In this document: positions 16,346-23,943 of the stretch, one piece after another | Position numbering within the stretch: position 1 is the first letter of the stretch | How the letters are laid out: every line of letters starts with the position of its first letter | DNA from: a virus | Taxonomy: Duplodnaviria > Caudoviricetes | Length of the DNA: 25,017 nt | Direction: 5' to 3' (one strand) | Virus record (IMG/VR): IMGVR_UViG_3300048599_000801 | Location: 1 to 25,017 of that record | Notes under the pieces: model-generated | The model's database searches: none | Told to the model about the DNA's origin: nothing | Seen by the model: only the letters and a program-made list of their open reading frames with translations | Translations under genes and position numbers: made by a program

Positions 16346-17011
16346 ATGCTGTACAGCACTAAAATTGAAGACCTGAGGGCGGATGTGGCGAAAAACTGCC
16401 GGGTGTTTGTCGCGCTGATGAAGGACGCGGGGTTTCGCGTGCAGCTCGTCAACACCGTCCGGGACGAGGAGATGCAGCGGGCGCTTTACGAGAAGGGCGT
16501 GACGAAATCCAGGGTGCCGACGTTCCACTCGGTGAAGGCCGGGCTCGCCTTCGACATCTGCCAGGGCATCGCCGGACACGGCTACGACAACGAGGCATTC
16601 TGGGACAAGGCGGGTGCGCTCGGCACGAAAATGGGCTTTGAGTGGGGCTGGAGCTGGAAAGGCTTCCCCGAAAAGCCGCATTTCCAGTGGTCGGCGCACG
16701 GAAGGTTCAAGGGAAGCGACATTCTCGGCGGGCGGTACCCGCCGGAGATGCCCTTATTCAGTGAGGAGGACGATATGGCAAAGCTGACGGACGCGGAGTT
16801 CGCCGAATACATGCAGCGGTACATGAGCGTCGCCGGGACGGGGGACAGGCCCAGCCCCTGGGCACAAGAGGCAGCCGAAGACATGAAAGCCGTGGGGATC
16901 ATCAACGGCGACGGACAGGGCAATTACGGCTGGCAGAAGCCGATTACGCGGGAGGCCGCCGCCGTGCTGCTCCTGAATTTCAAAAGGGCGGGAGGGCAGT
17001 CGGATGGATGA
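16346..17011 (+). CDS. Endolysin, peptidase M15 family (L-Ala-D-Glu peptidase-like) with C-terminal SLH-like domain
   Basis: 'TVRDEEMQRALY', 'FHSVKAGLAFD' and 'W..FPEKPHFQ' are Zn-peptidase motifs. The C-terminal 'SPWAQEA......GIINGDG......KPITREAAAVLL' is an SLH-like motif. Confidence 0.85.
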   Translation: MLYSTKIEDLRADVAKNCRVFVALMKDAGFRVQLVNTVRDEEMQRALYEKGVTKSRVPTFHSVKAGLAFDICQGIAGHGYDNEAFWDKAGALGTKMGFEWGWSWKGFPEKPHFQWSAHGRFKGSDILGGRYPPEMPLFSEEDDMAKLTDAEFAEYMQRYMSVAGTGDRPSPWAQEAAEDMKAVGIINGDGQGNYGWQKPITREAAAVLLLNFKRAGGQSDG

Positions 17012-17267
17012 GTGGACGATCGTCGGCGTGATCATTGTGCTGTTCGGACTCATCGCCTCGGTGGTGACGCCCTTACTCAAGCTCAACACCAGCATCACGC
17101 AGCTGACCTGCGCCGTCAGCGTCCTGCAGAAGAACATCGAGGGCCTGACGTCAAAAAACAGCGAGAGCCACGCCAAGCTGTGGGAGCACAACACAAAGCA
17201 GGACGCGCTGCTGAATGACCACGAAACCCGCATCAAGCTCATCGAGACCGCCGAAAGAGGGGGATAG
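17004..17267 (+). CDS. Small phage membrane protein (N-terminal TM + coiled coil)
   Basis: 87 aa overlapping the endolysin stop (ATGGATGA), with a hydrophobic N-terminal helix and an 'LNDHETRIKLIE' coiled-coil end. Such genes are common in Firmicute phage lysis clusters. Confidence 0.65.
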   Translation: MDEWTIVGVIIVLFGLIASVVTPLLKLNTSITQLTCAVSVLQKNIEGLTSKNSESHAKLWEHNTKQDALLNDHETRIKLIETAERGG

Positions 17268-17270
17268 AAT

Positions 17271-18812
17271 ATGGCACAGTTTTCATCATCGGACCAGCTG
17301 CTGCTGGAGGATTTTAAGAAGCAATGGCAGGCCGCGAAGAACGCGGGCAACACCCAGGGCATGGAGGACGCGCACAGGCGCGCCGAGGACCTCCGCGCCG
17401 CTTACGGCTACTCGGGCGGCATCGACGGCAGCCAGTATATCCCGTTGGAAAAGGGGCTGCCGGCTCCTGAATTCACACCGCCGGCAAAACCGGTTCCGCT
17501 GCCCAATTATCCGTCGGATAAGCCGGTACAACCGGTTCCGCTGCCCAACTACCCGTCGGATAAGCCGGCAAAACCGGTTCCGCTGCCCAATTACCCGACG
17601 TACCCGGAGCACCTGCCATCGATACCGAACAAAAAGCTCTACCCGGCCGAGCCGCCGCCGACGGGCTACATCCCGCAGGGGACCTATAACGACGCGGAGC
17701 TATCCGAGGCTGACCAGGCCAGAATCGAGGCGCTGCAGCTGCGGTGGCAGTATGAGACGGCGCGGGGCAACACGGCAGCGGCGGAAAGACTCCACGAGGA
17801 GGCGGAGAAAATCAGGGCCGGTTACGGCTATTCGGGCGGAGGAGACGGCTCGGGCTATCTCCCGACGAATCTCACGCCCGGTACGCCCGGCTATGTCGCC
17901 CCCGGCACGTATACCGGACAGGAAATGTCGCCGGAGGACAACGCGAGGATCGAGTCGCTGCAGTACCAGTGGCAGCGGGCGATGGAAGCCGGCGATGTGG
18001 AGACGGCGAAAAGGCTCCACGAGTACGCCGAGGCTATCCGCGCCCGGTACGGATTTTCCGGCGGAGAGGACGGCAGCCAGTACATCCCGCTGGATGTGAC
18101 GGGTCAGACCACGCCCGGACAGACCCCGGCCTACACCCCCGGCGGTTACTATGAGCCCCCGACGCTGCCGTCCGCCAACTCGGCGGAGCAGTACATCAAG
18201 GAGCTGTACGCGGCGCGGCAGGAGGCCATATTGCAGGCTTATAAGACGGCGTATGACGCCAACGTAAACACGCTGGACGCCGCCGCTGCAAAAATTCCGG
18301 CGCAGTATCAGGCGGCCCGCAATCAGGCCGCCGCCCAATCGGAAATCCAGAAGGCGAATTTCAACGAATACGCCGCAGCCTCGGGCCTCAACAGCGGCGC
18401 GGGCGGGCAGGCCATGCTGGCCATGGGCAACCAGCTGCAGGGCGACCTGTCGGGCCTCGGTATGGCGGAGGCGGACGCGCTCTCGGACCTGGAGCTCCAG
18501 CGCACGCAGATTGCAACGCAGTACCAGAACGATATCGCCCAGGCCATCGCCGACGGCAAGCTGGAGGAAGCCAGCGCTCTCTACGGTGAATTCGTCCGCA
18601 TCGACAGCGCGCTCCGCGACACCGCCCTGCAGCAAGCCTATCTGAACGCCGACGCATTTGGAATGAATAACGACATATACAACGCGAACAAGGCGGAAGC
18701 GGCTTCTATAGCCGCCTACACGGGTGATTATTCCGGAATGGCCGCCTATGACTGGTCGCCGGAGCTCATTGCCGCCATGGAGCAGCAGTGGCTGAAGGAC
18801 AACCCGGATTAA
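17271..18812 (+). CDS. Repeat-containing helical protein, putative internal virion / DNA ejection protein
   Basis: 513 aa with three ~45-aa repeats ending 'H..AE..RA.YG(Y/F)SGG.DGS.Y(I/L)P', Pro-rich linkers and an A/Q-rich coiled-coil C-terminal half with 'ASGLNSGAGGQA'. Function is inferred from composition and context. Confidence 0.5.
   Translation: MAQFSSSDQLLLEDFKKQWQAAKNAGNTQGMEDAHRRAEDLRAAYGYSGGIDGSQYIPLEKGLPAPEFTPPAKPVPLPNYPSDKPVQPVPLPNYPSDKPAKPVPLPNYPTYPEHLPSIPNKKLYPAEPPPTGYIPQGTYNDAELSEADQARIEALQLRWQYETARGNTAAAERLHEEAEKIRAGYGYSGGGDGSGYLPTNLTPGTPGYVAPGTYTGQEMSPEDNARIESLQYQWQRAMEAGDVETAKRLHEYAEAIRARYGFSGGEDGSQYIPLDVTGQTTPGQTPAYTPGGYYEPPTLPSANSAEQYIKELYAARQEAILQAYKTAYDANVNTLDAAAAKIPAQYQAARNQAAAQSEIQKANFNEYAAASGLNSGAGGQAMLAMGNQLQGDLSGLGMAEADALSDLELQRTQIATQYQNDIAQAIADGKLEEASALYGEFVRIDSALRDTALQQAYLNADAFGMNNDIYNANKAEAASIAAYTGDYSGMAAYDWSPELIAAMEQQWLKDNPD
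17481..17597 (+). repeat. 42-bp coding tandem repeat (~2.8 copies), PAKPVPLPNYPSDK
   Basis: Units start at 17481, 17523 and 17565: CCGG(C/T)A(A/C)AACCGGTTCCGCTGCCCAA(T/C)TA(T/C)CCG... Confidence 0.92.
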
Positions 18813-18941
18813 GCGGCTCAGCAGAATGATGCCAACCATCTATAAAACAGGAGGTATGAACATGACATACAGGGACAGGCAGCGCCTGAGGGCCGCCCAG
18901 GCGCGCCGGACAGCGCCGGCCGAAGCGAAATGGCCGGAAAC
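18375..18941 (+). repeat. 567-bp direct repeat copy A (pairs with 21037-21603)
   Basis: Covers the 3' part of the 513-aa gene, the intergenic region and the first codons of the CHAP gene. Near-identical sequence recurs at 21037-21603. Confidence 0.92.
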
Positions 18942-19352
18942 AATAGAGGAGCTCGACGCCCTTGGGTCGCCCGGCACACAAGCACAGGCGACCGCGTCGT
19001 CCGGCGCCGAAGCCCGCGCCCGGCTCGTTCAAAACGCCCAGCAGACCTTACAGGCTTTACAGGCCCAACAGGCACAGCGCCGCCAGCTGGCGGCGCAGAA
19101 GGCAGGCGGCCTGCAGCAGAATTTAATGAGTTCGCCGTATCTGTCCCTGGCAGGCCTGGCCGCGCCGGGACAAAGCACCCGCACCCAACAGGCCGCCTAT
19201 TCCGACCCCGCCCCCGAACCCGGCCCCCCGCCCGATTATGGCCAGCAAACGCCCCAACCCACCCCGACGCCGCAGCCGAATCAGACGCAGGGCGCGTCCG
19301 GAAGCCCCGGGTACGGCATGATCGACCCCGGCGTGGCGATAGCGCAGCAGAT
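18846..19352 (+). repeat. 507-bp direct repeat copy A (pairs with 22495-23001)
   Basis: Runs from AACAGGAGG-ATGAACATG to ...GCGCAGCAGAT, with the same offset (3649) at both ends relative to copy B. Confidence 0.92.
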
Positions 19353-20190
19353 CATGGAAAAGCGCAACAAGGATTTGCAATCATGGGGTCAGACCGCCGC
19401 AACAGCCTCCGCGTTGGGCCTTCCGGTCCCGCCGTTACCGCCGATGCCGGGCGGGCAGGCACAGGGAAATCAAGGGCAAGTCAAAACACCATCAATCGGG
19501 TTTGCTGACCCGGGACTGCATGCGGCTATAATGGATGAACAACTGAGAAGCGGGAATCAGTACAGATTAAACCCGGAGCGCTTGGTGTCATTGGCGAAAA
19601 GCCAAGTCGGTTATACGGAAAAGAATGACGCGCAGTATAACAACGACGACATTTCAGACGCGACGCATAAGGGTTCGGGCAACTATTCAAAGTACGGAGC
19701 ATATACAGGCAATGATGGCGCTGCTTGGTGCGCATCTTTTATTTCCTGGCTTGCACATGAGGAAAACGAGAGTTCTTCATTTGGAAAATGGGCAAGTACA
19801 GGGTATATTATGAATGAGTACGGCGATGATTATCACGCAAATGACCATGTAACGCCGCCTCATGCCGGTGATCTTGTGATTTTCCATGATCCTGGCAAAC
19901 CCGTCAAAGATGATAAAGGCAACTTTGTTTATAATTCTGACGGCAGCAGGAAACTGGGGATTGAGCATAGTCATATAGGGATAGTTGTGGCATATGATCC
20001 AAAAACTGGTACCGTGTATACGGTTGAAGGCAACACCGGAGGTGTTGACGGGTGCGGCGGCTGCGTCAATTATCATTCTTATAATTTATATGATGTTTAT
20101 AAGGGCGGAGAGACAGATAAACGCTATATGCAGGGCTTCTGTTCAAACGGCGGTTCATCATTCGGTGCGATTACAAATGCGATGAAGTAG
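18862..20190 (+). CDS. Polymorphic protein 1: conserved Q/P/A-rich N-terminus + C-terminal CHAP (Cys/His peptidoglycan hydrolase) domain
   Basis: GGAGG at 18850-18854 best fits ATG 18862. CHAP motifs are 'AKSQVGYTE', 'NYSKYG', 'AWCASFISW', 'PHAGDLVIF', 'SHIGIV' and 'TVEGNT'. No signal peptide. Confidence 0.85.
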   Translation: MTYRDRQRLRAAQARRTAPAEAKWPETIEELDALGSPGTQAQATASSGAEARARLVQNAQQTLQALQAQQAQRRQLAAQKAGGLQQNLMSSPYLSLAGLAAPGQSTRTQQAAYSDPAPEPGPPPDYGQQTPQPTPTPQPNQTQGASGSPGYGMIDPGVAIAQQIMEKRNKDLQSWGQTAATASALGLPVPPLPPMPGGQAQGNQGQVKTPSIGFADPGLHAAIMDEQLRSGNQYRLNPERLVSLAKSQVGYTEKNDAQYNNDDISDATHKGSGNYSKYGAYTGNDGAAWCASFISWLAHEENESSSFGKWASTGYIMNEYGDDYHANDHVTPPHAGDLVIFHDPGKPVKDDKGNFVYNSDGSRKLGIEHSHIGIVVAYDPKTGTVYTVEGNTGGVDGCGGCVNYHSYNLYDVYKGGETDKRYMQGFCSNGGSSFGAITNAMK

Positions 20191-20243
20191 GCAAAACCGA
20201 CAGTTACCATCCATTAAGTTTTGGAAAAAGTAATAAACTTGTC

Positions 20244-20271
20244 AATCCCGCGCCCTTCGGTGCGGGATTTT
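20244..20271 (+). terminator. Intrinsic terminator-like hairpin after CHAP gene 1
   Basis: AATCCCGCGCC-cttc-GGTGCGGGATTTT; 27/28 identical to 20962-20989. Confidence 0.75.
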
Positions 20272-20279
20272 GATTATAG

Positions 20280-20309
20280 TTGACAATAAGTGACATTATA
20301 TGCAATAAT
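20280..20309 (+). promoter_or_regulatory. Putative sigmaA promoter for lipoprotein 1
   Basis: TTGACA (20280-20285), 18 nt, then AATAAT (20304-20309) preceded by TGn; AGGAG RBS downstream. Confidence 0.6.
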
Positions 20310-20338
20310 TAGAATATTACATCTAGGAGTGGATTGAG

Positions 20339-20926
20339 ATGAAGAAAACAGCTGTTCTTTTGACATTGATTCTTGCACTATACGCGTCCGGGTGCGCGAA
20401 AACCGAGCCTCAAAATACGAAGGAGCCGCCGAGCCAGACGGCTGTATCTGTTTCGGAATCGACAGATGTAACGCCAAGTGCTTCGGAAGAATCGTCGCTT
20501 GAACCTGTTAGCGTACCTTCCGTCAATCCAATCAAGGAAGCATCAATAATCGTCAATGAAGTAGACGACGAGGAAGGGACCATTTATATCGGGCAATCCT
20601 CGCTTGACGTCAACAGCATTTTTTATCAAAACGATATAGAAATAAAGAGCGGCGATGATGACTCATCATGTACAGATTATCTGGAAATTTCCTTTTTCAA
20701 AGGCAAGGTTGATGGAATTCTGGTGATGGCATTAAGCGAAATACCGACGTCTCTGGGTCTCAATTTCGGCGATTCGCTTGAGCAGATGACAGATATATAC
20801 GGAACGGAATATAAAGTTGTCTTAGAATTTACAAACGGCGTCGGTTATGAGTATGAAGTCGGAGACCACATTTTTTATGTAGAATTCTACGATGAAAAGG
20901 TCGCAAAATGGGGGATTCACAAATAA
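20339..20926 (+). CDS. Acidic lipoprotein 1, putative immunity protein for CHAP protein 1
   Basis: Lipobox 'YASG-C19', S/T/P/E linker, and a C-terminal domain ('TSLGLNFGDSLEQMTDIYG...FYVEFYDEKVAKWGI') homologous to that of 23944..25017. AT-rich. Confidence 0.8.
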   Translation: MKKTAVLLTLILALYASGCAKTEPQNTKEPPSQTAVSVSESTDVTPSASEESSLEPVSVPSVNPIKEASIIVNEVDDEEGTIYIGQSSLDVNSIFYQNDIEIKSGDDDSSCTDYLEISFFKGKVDGILVMALSEIPTSLGLNFGDSLEQMTDIYGTEYKVVLEFTNGVGYEYEVGDHIFYVEFYDEKVAKWGIHK

Positions 20927-20960
20927 ACATCAAATCAAATGAATATGTGAAAAAGTCTAG

Positions 20961-20993
20961 AAATCCCGCGCCCTTCGGTGCAGGATTTTTTTT
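20961..20993 (+). terminator. Intrinsic terminator after lipoprotein 1
   Basis: AAATCCCGCGCC-cttc-GGTGCAGGATTTTTTTT hairpin with a long T run. Confidence 0.8.
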
Positions 20994-21036
20994 GTTACTA
21001 ACCGGAAACGAACCGGTTTTCACAAATTAGATAACT

Positions 21037-21474
21037 GCGGCGTCGGGCCTGTCGAGCGGCGCGGGCGGACAGGCCATGCTGGCCATGGGCAATCAGCTGC
21101 AGGGCGACCTGTCGGGTCTCGGCATGGCGGAGGCGGACGCGCTCTCGGACCTGGAGCTCCAGCGCACGCAGATAGCTACGCAGTACCAGAACGATATCGC
21201 GCAGGCCATCGCCGACGGCAAGCTGGAGGAAGCCAGCGCTCTCTACGGTGAATTCGTCCGCATCGACAGCGCGCTCCGCGACACCGCCCTGCAGCAAGCC
21301 TATCTGAACGCCGACGCATTTGGAATAAATAACGACATTTACAATACGAACAAGGCGGAAGCGGCTTCTATAGCCGCCTACACGGGTGATTATTCCGGAA
21401 TGGCCGCCTATGGCTGGCCGCCGGAGCTCATTGCCGCCATGGAACAGCAGTGGCTGAAGGACAACCCGGCTTGA
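21037..21474 (+). pseudogene. 5'-truncated duplicate of the 513-aa gene (C-terminal ~145 codons)
   Basis: The translation 'MLAMGNQLQGDL...QQWLKDNPA' is almost identical to the C-terminus of 17271..18812. Homology starts abruptly at 21037 with no clear RBS. Confidence 0.85.
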
Positions 21475-21523
21475 GCCGCTCAGCAGAATGATGATGACCA
21501 TCTATAAAACAGGAGGTATGAAC

Positions 21524-21690
21524 ATGACATACAGGGACAGGCAGCGCCTGAGAGCCGCCCAGGCGCGCCGGACAGCGCCGGCCGAAACGAAATGGCCGGA
21601 AACTCATCAGACGCTCAAATCGGCGTTTTTATCAGGCTTCAACATGAAGAACTGGAGAGAGCGCTTGAATACCTGAAGAAATATGGATAA
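21524..21690 (+). pseudogene. Internally deleted second polymorphic gene (N-terminal ~27 codons joined out of frame to a C-terminal remnant)
   Basis: 'MTYRDRQRLRAAQARRTAPAETKWPET' matches the CHAP genes up to 21603. In another frame, 21601-21690 reads NSSDAQIGVFIRLQHEELERALEYLKKYG-stop. Confidence 0.75.
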
Positions 21691-21735
21691 AGGAAGAGGG
21701 CAAAATACCATTTTTCGACAGAATCGGAATCTAGC

Positions 21736-21764
21736 TTGAAAAATCTTGCATTAATGCGTATAAT
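21736..21764 (+). promoter_or_regulatory. sigmaA promoter for lipoprotein 2
   Basis: TTGAAA (21736-21741), 17 nt, TATAAT (21759-21764); GGGAGG RBS before ATG 21818. Confidence 0.8.
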
Positions 21765-21817
21765 AAAAATGTAAGATTATGTATATTTAAGCGGTATTGT
21801 GATTTTGGGAGGCCTAT

Positions 21818-22423
21818 ATGAGAAAGAAACCTATTATTATGGTTGTCAGCGTCGTGTTTTTTGCACTGTTACTTAATGGATGTGTGGCAAGCAAACCGCC
21901 AAAGTCCGTTAATAACGTAACGGAGACGACAACCTCTCTGGAAACATCAGCGATATCTCCATCTGCTTCGGTTTCCGAATCAACAGACGGTGCTCCCGAA
22001 GCTGCTCAACAAGCAGTGGCAAGCGAAAGCTTCAACATATACGATGTGCGTCCTGACTTTTATTACGAGTATATGCTGGTCGATACGTATATCAACGTAT
22101 GGATATGGTCAGTCAATCCGGACAAAGAATATAATACTGATGATTTCAAGGAATATCTTGATGAAAAGAGCGGGATATATGACAGAGAGATACAGCGTAT
22201 AGAGGATTACTATTCAAGGGGTATAAGTCTCAACCTGCTCAGTTCTGACTATGAAGAGGCTAAGGAAATGCCGGACAATTTGAGCGATATCTATTACTCT
22301 ATTGAATATGAGGAGATATGGCCCGATAAGACAACGCATAAGGTATCTGTCCGCCGGATATTCACCGTTTATTACGACGGCGAAATTCTGAAGATCGTCG
22401 ATATCAGGGATGACGCGGAATAA
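21818..22423 (+). CDS. Acidic lipoprotein 2, putative orphan immunity protein
   Basis: Lipobox 'LLNG-C22', S/T-rich linker, and a Tyr/Asp/Glu-rich domain with no visible similarity to lipoproteins 1 and 3. AT-rich. Confidence 0.78.
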   Translation: MRKKPIIMVVSVVFFALLLNGCVASKPPKSVNNVTETTTSLETSAISPSASVSESTDGAPEAAQQAVASESFNIYDVRPDFYYEYMLVDTYINVWIWSVNPDKEYNTDDFKEYLDEKSGIYDREIQRIEDYYSRGISLNLLSSDYEEAKEMPDNLSDIYYSIEYEEIWPDKTTHKVSVRRIFTVYYDGEILKIVDIRDDAE

Positions 22424-22494
22424 AGCGCTGCGTCACCATTTTAAAGCCTCTTTTCGTCCAACATGAACAGGTCGTGCAAGCCATGCCTAAATTG

Positions 22495-23001
22495 AACAGG
22501 AGGCATGAACATGACATACAGGGACAGGCAGCGCCTGAGGGCCGCCCAGGCGCGCCGGACAGCGCCGGCTGAAACGAAATGGCCGGAAACGATCGAGGAG
22601 CTCGACGCCCTTGGCGCGCCCGGCACACAAGCACAGGCGCCCGCGTCATCCGGCGCCGAAGCCCGCGCCCGGCTCGTTCAGAATGCCCAGCAGACCTTAC
22701 AGATGCTTCAGGCCCAACAGGCCCAGCGCCGCCAGCTGGCGGCGCAGAAGGCAGGCGGCCTGCAGCAGAATTTAATGAGTTCGCCGTATCTGTCCCTGGC
22801 AGGCCTGGCCGCGCCGGGACAAAGCACACGCACCCTGCCCGCCGCCTATTCCGGCCCCGACCCCGAGCCCGGCCCCCCGCCCGACTATGGCCAGCAAACG
22901 CCCCAGCCCGCCCCCACGCCGCAGCCGAATCAGACACAGGGCGCAGCCGGATACTCCAATTACGGCATGATCGACCCCGGCGTAGCGATAGCGCAGCAGA
23001 T
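22495..23001 (+). repeat. 507-bp direct repeat copy B (pairs with 18846-19352)
   Basis: Encodes the RBS and the shared ~163-aa N-terminus ending 'GMIDPGVAIAQQI'. Confidence 0.92.
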
Positions 23002-23833
23002 TAACGCAAAAAAACAACAGAGCAGCGCCGTCGGGTTTATCGACCCTGCCTTAGCGGAAGCGCAGAAAGCATACCAAATGAATCTGAGCCGAGGTGTTAT
23101 CGATCCGGGGTATGCGGAGGCAGAGCGGTGGTATAGAACACTGCATCCGGAAATATATACGGAGGGCCATTTCGTGGACCTTGCCCCGGGTGACGATGTC
23201 AAGAATAATCCATACGGAATTGACATAAATCAATTTTTACGCTGGGCATACAGTCAATTGGGTTACCATGAGAAAGCATCGGACGCAGATTTAGACGATA
23301 AATACGCTAATCAGGGTGGAAATAATTACACAAAATTCGGCAGCGCTTACAGTGTAAACGGTCAGGCTTGGTGCGCCGCTTTCGCGTCCTGGTGCGCTGA
23401 TCAAGCTGGTATTTCAAAAGACATGATATTCAGAAATACAAGCACCAATGGATTAATTAACAGCTATATGAACGCAGGCAGATTCCAGCTGAAAGAATCT
23501 TATACGCCAAAAGCCGGTGATCTCATACTATTACAAACTGCAAAACCCGCTGAGCCGGATGAAGATGGGTTATATCATGGGAAATGGGATAAAAATGCGA
23601 AAGGCCAATACTACTGGGTTGGTGATGGTGGTCGTTATAATCTTGACGGTCACACGGGTATTGTTATCGGGTGTGATGACACATATGTGTATACAATAGA
23701 AGGAAATGCCGGTGATGGCGATGTTGCGGTTGTAATGAACAGAAGACCAAGAGATCAAGGCAGGATTAAGGGTTATGGCGTCAACGGCGGCAGCTCTTCC
23801 GGCTATATTCCGCCAGATGGTATGTTTTCCTGA
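22511..23833 (+). CDS. Polymorphic protein 3: same conserved N-terminus + divergent CHAP domain
   Basis: The N-terminal ~163 aa are nearly identical to 18862..20190. CHAP motifs are 'AYSQLGYHE', 'NYTKFG', 'AWCAAFASW', 'PKAGDLIL', 'GHTGIV' and 'TIEGN'. The start was chosen by RBS spacing. Confidence 0.85.
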   Translation: MTYRDRQRLRAAQARRTAPAETKWPETIEELDALGAPGTQAQAPASSGAEARARLVQNAQQTLQMLQAQQAQRRQLAAQKAGGLQQNLMSSPYLSLAGLAAPGQSTRTLPAAYSGPDPEPGPPPDYGQQTPQPAPTPQPNQTQGAAGYSNYGMIDPGVAIAQQINAKKQQSSAVGFIDPALAEAQKAYQMNLSRGVIDPGYAEAERWYRTLHPEIYTEGHFVDLAPGDDVKNNPYGIDINQFLRWAYSQLGYHEKASDADLDDKYANQGGNNYTKFGSAYSVNGQAWCAAFASWCADQAGISKDMIFRNTSTNGLINSYMNAGRFQLKESYTPKAGDLILLQTAKPAEPDEDGLYHGKWDKNAKGQYYWVGDGGRYNLDGHTGIVIGCDDTYVYTIEGNAGDGDVAVVMNRRPRDQGRIKGYGVNGGSSSGYIPPDGMFS

Positions 23834-23834
23834 T

Positions 23835-23865
23835 GAAAAGAGGACGTGCAAGCGTCCTCTTTTTC
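23835..23865 (+). terminator. Intrinsic (possibly bidirectional) terminator after CHAP gene 3
   Basis: AAAAGAGGACG-tgcaag-CGTCCTCTTTTT, a perfect stem. Confidence 0.85.
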
Positions 23866-23870
23866 TATCG

Positions 23871-23899
23871 TTGACTAAAAATACACATTATTGTAATAT
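23871..23899 (+). promoter_or_regulatory. Putative sigmaA promoter for lipoprotein 3
   Basis: TTGACT (23871-23876), 17 nt, TAATAT (23894-23899), directly after the terminator. Confidence 0.6.
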
Positions 23900-23943
23900 A
23901 GAGGAAATAAAAGCATAAGGAAACGTAAGGGAGAGGTTCAGGG

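Noticed and set aside
670-18839. Long minus-strand ORFs (e.g. 670..1788, 2928..4157, 10137..11096, 17700..18839)
   Set aside because: These are antisense shadows of GC-rich, codon-biased plus-strand genes, with no recognisable motifs.
21076-21676. ORFs 21076..21474 and 21488..21676 as independent functional genes
   Set aside because: Both are fragments of the 567-bp duplication: one lacks its 5' part and the other runs out of frame after a deletion junction.
18862-23833. CHAP proteins as the phage endolysin, or as Rhs toxins
   Set aside because: A holin-adjacent M15 endolysin already exists. These proteins lack evident cell-wall-binding repeats and have no YD/Rhs core.
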